The notes under the pieces were generated by a model. That model worked only from the letters and a program-made list of their open reading frames with translations, did not search any database and had not been told where the DNA came from. A program made the translations under genes and the position numbers. DNA of 64,000 nucleotides from Myxococcota bacterium. Its GTDB lineage: Bacteria > Myxococcota_A > Polyangia > Nannocystales > Nannocystaceae. The DNA lies in assembly GCA_039194325.1 (NCBI GenBank), contig JBCCWC010000004.1, positions 96,001-160,000 of the forward strand. The letters are read 5' to 3'. Below are positions 32,140-42,163 of this stretch, piece by piece; position 1 is the stretch's first letter; each line of letters starts with the position of its first letter.

Positions 32140-33852
32140 TCACCCCTGCTCGAGCGTCCGCACCGCGTCGTCCCGTGCTCGCTCCTTGAGCACCTCGGCC
32201 AGCACGCCGCGCTTTACCTTCTGCGAGGCCGTGGCGGGAAACTCCTCGCCCTGCACCACGAAGCCCGAGAGCCGCTTGAAGTCGGGCAGCCGCCGGTTGC
32301 GCTCGCGTAGCTGCTCGAAGCACTCGTCGCTGGGCCAGTCCCCCTCGGGGCGCAGCACGATGAGCAGCTGCTCCCCGGTCATCGCCCCCCGCGGCCAGAT
32401 GTAGTCGGCCGCGAACACGCAGAACTCCTCGATCCCGGGCAGATCCTCGAAGTACGACTCGATGTCCTCGGGGTAGATGTTCTTGCCCCCCTCGGTGACG
32501 ATCATGTTCTTGGCCCGACCCACCAGCGTCAGGTGCCCGCTGATGTCCATCGAGCCCAGATCGCCGGTGCGCAGCCAGCTGTCCACCAGCGCCTGCTCGG
32601 TCAGCTCGGGTGCGTCGAGGTAGCCCTTCATCACCGTGGGCCCTCGGACCCACACCTCACCCACGCCGGCCTCGTTGGCGTCGCGGATCTCCACCTCCAC
32701 CCCAGGCACCGCCTTGCCCACCGTGTCGCCGCGGAAGGGCTTGAGGTCGTTGACGGTGATCACCGTGCTCGCCTCGGTGAGCCCGTAGCCGATCGCCACG
32801 GGCAGGCCCAGGTCGTAGAAGAACTCGGCGAGCTTGCGGTCGACGAAGGTGCCCCCCGCGAAGATGAACTTGAGCTTGCCCCCGAGCGACTCGTGAATCG
32901 GCCGCAGCAGCGTGCTCGACAGCCGGTGGTTGGGCTCCTTGGCGGTGGCCAGCTCGTTGACCCGACGCAGCCCGTCGATCGCCTGCCGCTGCCAGTCGGG
33001 GAGCTCGTCGAGCCGCTCGCGGATCCGCTTCTCGAGGTTCTTGAGGATCGTGGGCACCAAGGCAATGTGGGTGATCCCGTACTTCTTCATCGTCGCCCGC
33101 ACGAACTGCGGCCGCAGGGTTCGCTGGTGCACGATCCCCCCGCCCATCAATAGCGGCACGATGAAGCCCACCATGAAGTCGATCGCGTGGTTGGTGGGGA
33201 GCACCGAGAAGAAGCGCTCGTCCTCGGCCAACGGGTAGAGGTTGCCCAGCACCTCGGCCTGCGCCAGGTAGTTGCCGTGGGTGAGCATGCAGCCCTTGGG
33301 TGTGCCCGAGGTGCCCGAGGAGTAGACGATGCACGCCACGTCCTCGCGCGCGCGCTCGCGGTAGCGGAAGGGCCCCTGCGGTTCCTGCTCCCAGCGCCGC
33401 GCCGGCCCCAGCTCCGCCCCCTCGGGCGCCTCGGTCACCAGCACCAGGGTACGCTCGAGCGACGCCCCCTGTTCGCGCTGCATCTTCACCCAGGTGCTGT
33501 ACTCGGTCACCAGCACTCGCGGCTGGCAGTGGGCCAAGAGCTCCAGCTGCTCGCGCGCGGTGAGCTTGTAGTCGATGGGGATCAGCACCGCCCCCGCCCA
33601 AAAGGCCCCCAGCCCGCTGAAGATCCACTTGGACTGGTTTTGCATGACGACAGCGCAGCGATCGCCGGCCTCGAAGCCCTGCTCCTGCACCAGCGCCGCA
33701 AAGCGCTCCGCCTCGCGGCGCAGCTCTCGGTAGGTCCAGCGGCCGTTCTCGCGGTGCCGCTCGGCCTCGATGAGGGCCTCGTTGGTCTTGAAGGTCACGG
33801 TGGCGTCGCGGATCGCTTCGCCCACCGATTGGATGCGAGAAAGATGGAGCAT
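32140..33852 (-). CDS. AMP-dependent long-chain acyl-CoA/acyl-ACP ligase
   Basis: YSSGTSGTPKG, GYGLTEA, LRTGDLG, GRAKNMIV and TASQKVKR motifs. Confidence 0.92.
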   Translation of the reverse strand: MLHLSRIQSVGEAIRDATVTFKTNEALIEAERHRENGRWTYRELRREAERFAALVQEQGFEAGDRCAVVMQNQSKWIFSGLGAFWAGAVLIPIDYKLTAREQLELLAHCQPRVLVTEYSTWVKMQREQGASLERTLVLVTEAPEGAELGPARRWEQEPQGPFRYRERAREDVACIVYSSGTSGTPKGCMLTHGNYLAQAEVLGNLYPLAEDERFFSVLPTNHAIDFMVGFIVPLLMGGGIVHQRTLRPQFVRATMKKYGITHIALVPTILKNLEKRIRERLDELPDWQRQAIDGLRRVNELATAKEPNHRLSSTLLRPIHESLGGKLKFIFAGGTFVDRKLAEFFYDLGLPVAIGYGLTEASTVITVNDLKPFRGDTVGKAVPGVEVEIRDANEAGVGEVWVRGPTVMKGYLDAPELTEQALVDSWLRTGDLGSMDISGHLTLVGRAKNMIVTEGGKNIYPEDIESYFEDLPGIEEFCVFAADYIWPRGAMTGEQLLIVLRPEGDWPSDECFEQLRERNRRLPDFKRLSGFVVQGEEFPATASQKVKRGVLAEVLKERARDDAVRTLEQG

Positions 33853-34085
33853 CAGCGCCTCTTGTCGATCACTTCGGCGAGCCCGCCGAAGGTCTTGACC
33901 CCCTGGAGCTCGTAGTCGGGGATCTCCACGTCGAACTCGAGCTCGAGCTCGGACATCAGCTCGGCCGCCGCAAAGCTGTCGATGCCGAGCGTGTCGAAGA
34001 TGTCGCCTTCGGGTTTGATGGTGCCGGCATCTACCGCGTACTTCTTGGCGGCCAGCGTGGTCATTCGATCGAGGACGTCACTCAT
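33852..34085 (-). CDS. Acyl carrier protein
   Basis: 77 aa, acidic, with LGIDSF phosphopantetheine site and LELEFDVEIPD. Confidence 0.92.
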   Translation of the reverse strand: MSDVLDRMTTLAAKKYAVDAGTIKPEGDIFDTLGIDSFAAAELMSELELEFDVEIPDYELQGVKTFGGLAEVIDKRR

Positions 34086-34100
34086 GATCGTGGTCTCCGC

Positions 34101-34877
34101 TCAGGGCAAGTACGGCCGCGGATCGTCGCTCTCGACGAACTTCTTGAGGGCCAGCTTGAGGACGGGGCGCTGCGCGAGTCGGATGAAGTGCTCTTTTTCC
34201 TGGGCCAGCTCCTCGACGGGCAGCGGCTTCATGAAGCGCTTGCAGGTGCGGGCCGCCTCGCGGTCGAACTTGGTGGCCTGACGCGCGGTGGCCCAGGCCG
34301 CCCGCAGGCCCTCGCCGGTAGGGACGACCTGGCTGACCATCCCCACCGTCTGCGCCTTCTTGGCGTTGATGCTGCGGCCGGTGAGCAGCAGATCGCGCAC
34401 CACCGCGTTGCTCACGTCGCGCCGCAGCCGAGGGATCCCGCCAAAGCCGGGGATGATGCCCAGCCGCAGCTCCGGGAAGCCAAAGCGGGCGCTGCGCTCG
34501 GCGATGAGGATGTCGCAGGTCAGCGCCAGCTCGAAGCCTCCACCGAAGCAGATCCCGTGGATCAGCCCGATCGTGGTCAGCGGCAGCATGTCCAGGCGAT
34601 TCATCACCGCGTGGATCCGGTCGATGAACTCGCGGATCCCCTGCTCGTGCTCGGACTCGGGTCGATCGCGCAGCCCATTGTAGAGCTCGCGCAGGTCGGC
34701 CCCGGCCGAGAACCCGCCACGTACCGTGCTGCGGATGATGAGCGCGTGCGCCGACTCGGTGTCGACCTGATCGAGGAAGCGCTCGAGATCCGCGAGCATG
34801 GCGGTGCCGATCTCATTGCACGGCTCCACCCCGAGCCGCAGCTCGTAGACCCCCTCGGTGAGTGCCCACTCGATCAT
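34101..34877 (-). CDS. Enoyl-CoA hydratase/isomerase (crotonase) family protein
   Basis: FSAGADL, GGGFELALTCD and FGFPELRLGIIPGFGG (both catalytic Glu present). ATG at 34877 overlaps the upstream stop. Confidence 0.9.
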   Translation of the reverse strand: MIEWALTEGVYELRLGVEPCNEIGTAMLADLERFLDQVDTESAHALIIRSTVRGGFSAGADLRELYNGLRDRPESEHEQGIREFIDRIHAVMNRLDMLPLTTIGLIHGICFGGGFELALTCDILIAERSARFGFPELRLGIIPGFGGIPRLRRDVSNAVVRDLLLTGRSINAKKAQTVGMVSQVVPTGEGLRAAWATARQATKFDREAARTCKRFMKPLPVEELAQEKEHFIRLAQRPVLKLALKKFVESDDPRPYLP

Positions 34878-36733
34878 AATTTCTTGGCCGAGGCCGGCTC
34901 GGGATGCTCGGCTGTGTTGGCTGAGGCCGGCTCGGGATGCGCGACTTCGTCGCGCCCGGCCTCGGTCTTGTCTTGGGGGTTTGGCTCGGACTCGGGCTTG
35001 GATTGCGTCTTGGCTTTGGCTTTGGGCTTTTGCTTGGCCGCTTGGGCGTAGAGCTCGTCGATCTGTGATTCGAAGTGCTTCTCGATCACGCGGCGGCGTA
35101 GCTTTTGGTTGGCGGTGAGCAGCCCGTTCTCCACGGTGAACAGCTCGTCGGCCCGCAGCGCGGCCCGGATCCGCTTGTAGTGCGGCAGGGTCTCGTTGAC
35201 CACCGCCATCGCCCGGTCGATGTCCGCCTGCGGCGGCTGCCCGGTGACGATGATCGCCACGTGCGCCCGCCCGTACCCGATCAGCATGCACTGCTCGGCC
35301 GCGGGACACTGGGCCATGAACTTCTCCTCGATGGGCTCGGGCGAGATGTTGTGCCCCGACTCGGGGATGATGAGGTTCTTGATCCGCCCGATGACCCGCA
35401 GGTTGCCGCCGGCCTCGTACTCGACCTGATCGCCGGTGTGAAACCACCCGTCGACGATCGCCTGCTCGGTCTCCTCGGGCTTGCGCCAGTACCCCGCGAA
35501 GATGTTCGGGCCCTTGACCAGCAGCTCCCCCTCGTCGGACACCCGCAGCGTTTGCCCCTCGAGCGGCAGCCCCACCTTGCCCGCCTCGACCATGTCGGGA
35601 TCGTCGAGCGAGACGATCCCGGTGGTCTCCGTGAGCCCATAGGCCTGGTAGACCGGGATCCCCAGCATCTGGAACCATCGCTGGGTATCGGCCGACAGCG
35701 GAGCCGAGCCCGAGATCAAGAACTCGAGGTTCACCCCGATCTGCTCCTTGATCTTGGGAAACACCACCCGGCGCCCCAGCCCGAGCGCCATCGAGTCCAG
35801 CAAGCTCGACTCCCCGGCCAGGCTCCGCTGATAGGCGGCCTGCGCCCGCTGGTAGATCGCCAGCGCCGCGCCCCCGCGCTCTTCGAGCTTGGCCCCCACC
35901 CCGTTGCGGATCCGCTCGAGCACCGCAGGCACGTTGAGGTAGTAGTTGGGCTTGGCCACCGCCATCTCCACCACGAGGTTGGTGAGATCGGTGGACATCA
36001 TCAGCGGGTTGGGCCGCGATAGCTGCGTCCACAGCATCATCCTCGACGCCGCAAAGCAAAACGGAAGGTAGTGGAACACTCGGTCGGTGCCCGGCCGCTC
36101 GCCCACCACCCGACCGATCCGCGCGATCGTCTTGGGGATCATGTAGTCGACGTTGGCCCGCGAGAGCATCACGCCCTTGGGCTCGCCGCTGGTCCCCGAG
36201 GTGTAGATGATCGCGACCGTGTCGTCCTCGCCCCGCGGGTGCAGCCCCCGGGTCGTAGGCGCGGGCGAGAAGAGCGACTCGAGGTCGAGCACGGCGCAGC
36301 CCACCGCCTCCGCCCGCTGCTTGAGCGTGGCCCCCTCGGACAGCTCGGGTCGCTCGGGCAAGCCCTGCACCCAGGCCTCGATGACCGGAGCGGCCAGCTC
36401 ACGACTCGCCGCGATGAGCAGCCGCGGCTGTGCGCTGCGCATCATCACCGCGAGCTCCCGCGGATCCTGCCGGTCATAGAGCGGCACCACGATGCCGCCC
36501 GACGCCAAGATCGCCAGATCGGCCGCCACCCAGCGGGTGGAGTTGGGGGCCAGCAGCGCCACCCGATCGCCCGGCTCGACGCCCGCCTGCTCGATCGACA
36601 CGCGAGCCCGACCCACCAGCTCGAGGATCCCGGCGCCGTCGGTCCCCTGTAGCGAGGTGCCCCGAACCTCCACGAGCTTGGCCCGCTCGGGGTGCTCCTT
36701 GAGGTTGTCGAAGATCCGCTCGAGGAAGTTCAC
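34874..36733 (-). CDS. AMP-dependent long-chain acyl-CoA ligase with repeat-derived C-terminal tail
   Basis: YTSGTSGEPKG, AYGLTET, FHTGD, GRIKNLI and LLTANQKLRR motifs. GTG start overlaps the upstream stop. Confidence 0.92.
   Translation of the reverse strand: MNFLERIFDNLKEHPERAKLVEVRGTSLQGTDGAGILELVGRARVSIEQAGVEPGDRVALLAPNSTRWVAADLAILASGGIVVPLYDRQDPRELAVMMRSAQPRLLIAASRELAAPVIEAWVQGLPERPELSEGATLKQRAEAVGCAVLDLESLFSPAPTTRGLHPRGEDDTVAIIYTSGTSGEPKGVMLSRANVDYMIPKTIARIGRVVGERPGTDRVFHYLPFCFAASRMMLWTQLSRPNPLMMSTDLTNLVVEMAVAKPNYYLNVPAVLERIRNGVGAKLEERGGAALAIYQRAQAAYQRSLAGESSLLDSMALGLGRRVVFPKIKEQIGVNLEFLISGSAPLSADTQRWFQMLGIPVYQAYGLTETTGIVSLDDPDMVEAGKVGLPLEGQTLRVSDEGELLVKGPNIFAGYWRKPEETEQAIVDGWFHTGDQVEYEAGGNLRVIGRIKNLIIPESGHNISPEPIEEKFMAQCPAAEQCMLIGYGRAHVAIIVTGQPPQADIDRAMAVVNETLPHYKRIRAALRADELFTVENGLLTANQKLRRRVIEKHFESQIDELYAQAAKQKPKAKAKTQSKPESEPNPQDKTEAGRDEVAHPEPASANTAEHPEPASAKKL
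34888..34970. repeat. REP-like element (one full and one partial copy) inside a CDS
   Basis: 34925-34970 matches 17026-17071 at 45 of 46 nt. Partial copy at 34888-34907. Confidence 0.9.
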
Positions 36734-38214
36734 GCGTACTTCTCCATCAACCCCCGCAGCTGCGGGGACAGCGAGGGCAGGTGCGCCTCCCAGGTGCGCG
36801 GTAGATCCCGGCGCGGGAACTCGGGATAGACCCGACACACCTCGTCCATGAAGTCGATGCCCATCTGCCCCATCAGCGCGAGCTGCTGGGGGATCACCCG
36901 GCCGATCTCCTCGGAGATCTGCTCGGCCTCCGCCTCCAGGCGCTCCAGGATCTTCAGCACCTTGTCGCCCAGATCCTCCTCGTCGACCTCCAGGAACAGC
37001 TCGGGATGACCCCGGTCGTTCATCAGGTTCCGGATCCGCTCGTCCATGGTCACCCCCGCCGAAGGCACCAGCCCGGGCATGGAGGTCACGATCGCGTGGA
37101 AGCGCGAGCTGACCATGTACGAGCAGTTCCGCAGCACGGACACCAGCTGGAACATGTCGTACTCGTCGCTGATGAAGCAGGGCGCCTCGGTCTCCAAGCG
37201 AGCGGCGACCGCCTCGCAGGCGAGGCGATCGACCCGCTCCATGCCCACCATGATGGGGAACACGTCCCGATCCCGACAGAACTGCCGCACGGCAAAGGCC
37301 AGGCCGTCGATGTAGCGGTCGTACTTCTCGTCGGCCTCGGGCGAGCTGTGGTGGAAGTAGATCGAGCGGTAGTGCTCCTGCCGGAACTGCCCCGCCAAGG
37401 TCTTGGCGGCCGCCTTGCCCAGATCGGGCTTGACCGGCCACCAAAACGGATTGATCGGGCACAGCACGAGGATCTTCTTCTCACCGTCCCAGCCGCGAGC
37501 CCGCAAAAGCTGCGCCCCCTCGGCCAGCGGCGCGGGCTCGAAGGTCCACGCGGTGTCGGTGCCGCCCGTGGTGCGAATGGCCAGCCGCCCCAGCACGTCA
37601 CGAGAGGGCTCGTTGCGGCACTGGATCAGCGCGCTGGCGCAGTGCCGCTTGACGAAATCCCGCAGCGCCGGCGACATCGCCCCCGCCTCGGCCCCGTAGC
37701 CCACCGCCAGCTTGTGCTCGGCCGCGGCCATCCCCAGCGCCCCGGCCATCATGGCCGAGAGCGCCGAGGCGAACTTGCTCTTGAACATCGAGCCCTCGCA
37801 CGAGACCACCCCGTGGTGCTTGGGGCACTCGTCGAAGAGGAACTTGGGAAAGACCACGGGCAGGGTCACCTGCCGCACGGTGCGGAAGTAGCCGGCGGTG
37901 CGCTGCTTGTCGATCGACATGATCGTCAGCTCGAGCTCGTCGTCGCCGACCACGTGCCGAAACTGCCGGATCATCTCTTCTACTCGCACGTCGGCCCCCG
38001 TGTTGCGGGTGCCCACGTAGCCGGCGAGCAGCAGCTTGAGCGGCTTGCCCGGGGCCCAGGTCTCTTGCCCCACGTCGAGGGCCCGCTTGACGGCGGCGGC
38101 CTCGACAAAGCCGTTCATCACCTCCATGAGCACGCGATCGGGCTCGAGCGCGTCGCCCAGGCGACCCAGGATCCCCGTCTTGAACAGAGAGCCGCTCTTG
38201 AACAAGCTCACCAT
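36730..38214 (-). CDS. Polysaccharide pyruvyl transferase-like protein
   Basis: LAGYVGTRNTGAD, GYGAEAG, CRNEPS, DTAW and VSSRFHAIV (the N-GD, R, D-A and R-H pattern of the family). Confidence 0.78.
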   Translation of the reverse strand: MVSLFKSGSLFKTGILGRLGDALEPDRVLMEVMNGFVEAAAVKRALDVGQETWAPGKPLKLLLAGYVGTRNTGADVRVEEMIRQFRHVVGDDELELTIMSIDKQRTAGYFRTVRQVTLPVVFPKFLFDECPKHHGVVSCEGSMFKSKFASALSAMMAGALGMAAAEHKLAVGYGAEAGAMSPALRDFVKRHCASALIQCRNEPSRDVLGRLAIRTTGGTDTAWTFEPAPLAEGAQLLRARGWDGEKKILVLCPINPFWWPVKPDLGKAAAKTLAGQFRQEHYRSIYFHHSSPEADEKYDRYIDGLAFAVRQFCRDRDVFPIMVGMERVDRLACEAVAARLETEAPCFISDEYDMFQLVSVLRNCSYMVSSRFHAIVTSMPGLVPSAGVTMDERIRNLMNDRGHPELFLEVDEEDLGDKVLKILERLEAEAEQISEEIGRVIPQQLALMGQMGIDFMDEVCRVYPEFPRRDLPRTWEAHLPSLSPQLRGLMEKYA

Positions 38215-38218
38215 GGTC

Positions 38219-39373
38219 TCAGGCCACCTTCCCGAGCCGGGCCTCGGCGTCCTGCGGCCAGCGGCGGTAGGGGTACGAGAAGCGCTCGCCGACCGCGAAG
38301 CGCAGCAGGGAGTAGGCATACTCGGGGAAGGGCCGCGGCCGCTCTCCGCCGAGCTCTTGGGCGATCCGATCGTTGCTGAACACGGTGTTGTAGGTGAGGT
38401 ACGGCCAAAACACCTTCATCAACGAAGCGGCGGGCGCGATGCCGTACTTGCGCGGGGTGCTCATCGCGGCCTCGACCCCGGCCGTGAACGCCCGCCCCAG
38501 CCGCGGCACGAACACCGCCATGGGCTTGTGCCCCTGTTGTCGCAGCCCCTGCATCACCTCGCGGTAGCTCGGCGAGGCCTCGCCGGCGGAGAGGTTGTAG
38601 GCGTCGTAGCGGGGCTGGTCGGCCATGTGCACCTTGACGATCCCCCGCGCCACGTAGTCGGCCGGGCAGATGTCCATGCGCCACGCCGCGTCGAGCGGGA
38701 CCACCCGCATATAGGCCAGCGCCGCAAAGGCACGCACCATGTCGAACTGGGTGGTCTCGGGGAAGCGGCTGTCGCCGAGCACGGTGCTGGGGCGGAAGAT
38801 CGTGCGCGGCACGTCGGGGAGCAGCTCGTGCACCATGTGCTCGCAGAACTTCTTGGTCCGCGCGTAGGGATCGTAGTCGCTGCGCGCCCAGTCGATCGCG
38901 GCGTCCTCGTAGACCACCTCGTCCTGGCGATGGCCGGCCACCGCCACCGTCGACACGTCGGAGAAGCGGCGCAGGCCGTGGTGATCGGCCGCCGCGCGGG
39001 CGATCTTGACGATCTCCAGGGTCCCCCGCAGGTTGACGTTGAAGCAGGCCTTGGCCGACTTGCGGTTGAGCGAGGCGGCCACGTGCAGCACGCTGTCGGT
39101 CGACTTGATGAGCCGATCGCGATCCTCCGGAGACAGACCCAGCCCCGGCGCGGTCAGATCCCCGCGGTAGATGTCGATGCGGGAGAGGTACCGCGCGAAG
39201 CGGTCGAAATCGGGCTGGTGCAGCTGAAGCGACTTCCAAAGCCGCTGGCGAGCCTCGTCGTCGCTGCGCGCCCGCACCAGCGCCGCCAGCCGCAGGTCGG
39301 GCCAGCCCTCCAGCAAGCCGTGGGCCACGTAGGAGCCGATATAGCCGGTGATCCCGGTCAGCAAGAGCGCCAT
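38219..39373 (-). CDS. Extended SDR / thioester-reductase-like (NAD_binding_4) oxidoreductase
   Basis: [44 protein letters not shown] and RPSTVLGDS motifs. Confidence 0.85.
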   Translation of the reverse strand: MALLLTGITGYIGSYVAHGLLEGWPDLRLAALVRARSDDEARQRLWKSLQLHQPDFDRFARYLSRIDIYRGDLTAPGLGLSPEDRDRLIKSTDSVLHVAASLNRKSAKACFNVNLRGTLEIVKIARAAADHHGLRRFSDVSTVAVAGHRQDEVVYEDAAIDWARSDYDPYARTKKFCEHMVHELLPDVPRTIFRPSTVLGDSRFPETTQFDMVRAFAALAYMRVVPLDAAWRMDICPADYVARGIVKVHMADQPRYDAYNLSAGEASPSYREVMQGLRQQGHKPMAVFVPRLGRAFTAGVEAAMSTPRKYGIAPAASLMKVFWPYLTYNTVFSNDRIAQELGGERPRPFPEYAYSLLRFAVGERFSYPYRRWPQDAEARLGKVA

Positions 39374-39374
39374 G

Positions 39375-41048
39375 TCAGCCGGTCTCCTTTTCGGCCTCGC
39401 GGGGCAACCCCGGCTGCAAGCAGAAGGGCACGGCCGGCTCGTAGAGCTCCTTGGGCTTGTTCTCGTAGGTCGGGAAGCACCAGCGCCTCAGCCCCGGCAT
39501 GTGAACCTCGAGCCAGTAGCGGCGCCAGCTGATCGACTCGGGCTCAAAGCGAAACTCGGGCTCCGCGATCGCGAAGCGATCGAGCGCCCGACATTCGAAC
39601 ACGAAGTAGTGGTCGTGGGTGAAGGGCTGGAACAACTCGAGCACATCCTCGATCTGCCGCAGGCGCCGGGTGGTGTTGTCGGTCTCCTGGGCGAGCCTGT
39701 CGGCCGACTCCTGGAGCTCGGAGGGGATCTTTCGGGGCATCCCGTGCTTGAGGTAGCGAGACAACTGGGTGAGCACGCCGCGGACGTTGCCGAGGTTGAG
39801 CACGTGGTCGGGATCGGCCGCGAGCGCGTCCCACCGGGCCAGCACCACCTTGTGGATCGCGTTCTCACCGTGCTTGCGCAGCCACTGCCGGTGACCGAGC
39901 GCGGACAGCTCGGTCAGCCGGTCGATCGGCATCTCGTTCCGATCGGAGGTCCCGCACTGGTAAACCTGCGCGTGCTCACCCCGCAGCAGCGCCGCCCCGG
40001 CGATGATCATCGCCTTGCAGATCATGTCGACCGGGATCACGTCCAGCGGGTTGCCGGGCATGGCTGGAATGTGCCGAAACCAGGTCTTGGCCAGGTAGAC
40101 CAGCGGCCCCGTGGTGTTGAAGCCCTCGTTCCACCCGGGAAAGGGGAACTCGACCGAGCTCTCGACGATGGCGGGCCGGAAGATCGCGAAGTCGAGACGA
40201 TCCTGGCGATCGACCAGCAAGTACTCGGCCAACGCCTTGGTGTACGTATAGGTGTTGGGCCAGCTCAGCGCCTTGGCGCGATCGGTCCCCGCCTGGATCA
40301 TGGTCTCGCGCAAGCGCTTGCGCTTGAGCCGGCGGACCATGTCGCGGATCCGCCGCTCGCTGGGCTCGACCCCGCGGGCCTGGAGTCGCTTGATCACGTC
40401 GCGGTGCAGCTGCGCGTCGACCTCGGGCGAGGCGTTGTCGGCCTCGGTCTGTGCCATGATCTCCTGCAGCTTGGCCAGCTCGGCCTTCGCGTCCATCGGC
40501 TCCCCACCCGGCGTATGCGGTAAGACCCGCTCGGGGATGAAGCCGTCGCGCTGCCCCGCCACGTAGCAGGTGGATACATGGATCAGGCGCGTTCGCTTGC
40601 AGCGCTCCACGAAGTCGGCCACGTGAACCGCCCCGAGCACGTTGGTCTCGTAGGCATCACGAAGATCGGGGTTGAAGTCGACCAAGCCGGCCACGTTGAT
40701 CACCAGATCGACGCAGCCGTGCAGACGAGCGGCGACCTCGGGCTCGAGGCCCAGGTCCGGGTGACTGACGTCGCCCGCCACAACCTCGACCCGGCGCGAG
40801 ATGTACTCGCTCAGCTCCGCCCCATACTTCTCGTGCAGCGGGGCAAAGACGAAGCCCTCGTTGACGATCTGCTCGAAGCGCGCCGCGACGCCCTCGCCCT
40901 TGTCCCGCAGCAGCATGTAGATCCGCCCCACGTCGGGGATCCGCTGCAGGATCATCGCCAGGCACACCTTGCCCACGAAGCCCGAGCCGCCCACCAGCAA
41001 GATGTGGCGGCCCTCGTAAGTCTCTCGGATCGATACCGGCTCCCCCAC
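39375..41048 (-). CDS. Fatty acyl-CoA/ACP reductase (male-sterility type FAR)
   Basis: [53 protein letters not shown] and DVIPVD motifs. Confidence 0.88.
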   Translation of the reverse strand: MGEPVSIRETYEGRHILLVGGSGFVGKVCLAMILQRIPDVGRIYMLLRDKGEGVAARFEQIVNEGFVFAPLHEKYGAELSEYISRRVEVVAGDVSHPDLGLEPEVAARLHGCVDLVINVAGLVDFNPDLRDAYETNVLGAVHVADFVERCKRTRLIHVSTCYVAGQRDGFIPERVLPHTPGGEPMDAKAELAKLQEIMAQTEADNASPEVDAQLHRDVIKRLQARGVEPSERRIRDMVRRLKRKRLRETMIQAGTDRAKALSWPNTYTYTKALAEYLLVDRQDRLDFAIFRPAIVESSVEFPFPGWNEGFNTTGPLVYLAKTWFRHIPAMPGNPLDVIPVDMICKAMIIAGAALLRGEHAQVYQCGTSDRNEMPIDRLTELSALGHRQWLRKHGENAIHKVVLARWDALAADPDHVLNLGNVRGVLTQLSRYLKHGMPRKIPSELQESADRLAQETDNTTRRLRQIEDVLELFQPFTHDHYFVFECRALDRFAIAEPEFRFEPESISWRRYWLEVHMPGLRRWCFPTYENKPKELYEPAVPFCLQPGLPREAEKETG

Positions 41049-41065
41049 GCTGACGATCCTCTCTT

Positions 41066-41746
41066 CTAGGCCGAGTAGTCGACCACGGGCCAGTCGGCCT
41101 CGCGGGCAGCCTTGCGAAGGGTGAAATCGGGGTTGACCACGCAAGGCTGGCCCACCGCCGATAGCAACAGCAAGTCGGGACCATGCCCGGCATAGGCGAT
41201 CGACCGGCTCAGATCGATCTCGTGCTCGGCCGCGTAGGCCTGCACCCAGCGACCCCCCTCGTAGCCCCCGATCACCGGGTCGAGCAGCTTGCCGGTGGCC
41301 TTGGCCTTCTTGTACTCGAGGCGGTTGCACACGAGGTGGTCGACCCCCCGGAAGTACTTGTCGACCGCGCGCTCCATGATCTCGGAGATCCCCTCGGAGA
41401 GCACCACCACCCGGTGACCGGCGGCGCGGGCCTTCTTGAGCAGCTCTTGCCCGCTGTCGAGGACCCAGTCCCCGAGCATGTCGTCCACGTACTCCTCGGC
41501 GAGCACGTGGATCCGATCTTCGGTCATGTCCCGGTAGGCCAGGTGCGCCACCCGGTTGCCCAGGCTGCGGTCGTTCTGGCCCAGCAGACCGAAGACCGGG
41601 GCGGCCAGCACCGCCTGACCAAAGCGTAGGGTCCGCTCGCGTAATCCCGCTCGCTGAGCGGCCATCCAGGTGGCGGCGTGTACCACCCCACGCGAGATGA
41701 GGACCCCCTCTGCACGAAAGAATGCCGCGGTGCTCTTGTCACTCAT
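41066..41746 (-). CDS. HAD-IB (SerB-like) fold protein with degenerate catalytic motifs
   Basis: AAFFRAEGVL, GHRVVVLSEG, ATGKL, IDLSRSIAY and DLLLLSAVGQPCVVNPDFTLRKAAREADWPV. Confidence 0.82.
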   Translation of the reverse strand: MSDKSTAAFFRAEGVLISRGVVHAATWMAAQRAGLRERTLRFGQAVLAAPVFGLLGQNDRSLGNRVAHLAYRDMTEDRIHVLAEEYVDDMLGDWVLDSGQELLKKARAAGHRVVVLSEGISEIMERAVDKYFRGVDHLVCNRLEYKKAKATGKLLDPVIGGYEGGRWVQAYAAEHEIDLSRSIAYAGHGPDLLLLSAVGQPCVVNPDFTLRKAAREADWPVVDYSA

Positions 41747-42163
41747 GGACGTCGTCCCCCGTGGTTTGCCCACCCACCGATGCCCCACGGGGCCGTCGGC
41801 GATTTCGCCGTGCTGCCGGGCCAATGGGGCTTCCGAAGCTGACTGACCGCTCGGAAGGCAACGGGCGAACGGCGGCAGTCTACCCACCTGCACCCCTTTG
41901 GCAATGGAGCCGTGACATTCGATCCGAGGCCCCGACCCCTCGTGGGAGCTATGCTCAACTGTCTACAATTGCATGCGTTTCACTTTTGTATCGGGCCACC
42001 TCCACTCGAGTCGTCGCGGCCCAAAGAGCAAAACTCACTTCGGATCGGAGTCCGCTGGTTGTGCGCAACCCGATCGCCATTGGGTGTGCACTAGGCTGCG
42101 CGGTGGGCACTGCGGATCACGCCGTGAAGCTCGCACCACGACCGGCCCGCCTCCCGCACCGCC

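Noticed and set aside
34878..36059. N-terminal extension giving a 652-aa crotonase
   Set aside because: It overlaps the ligase in another frame and is low-complexity. ATG 34877 gives a normal-sized enzyme with coupled translation.
32140..41746. Calling the lipid operon a PKS/NRPS or assigning elb gene symbols
   Set aside because: There are no KS, AT or C domains, and orthology to elb genes cannot be shown without phylogeny.
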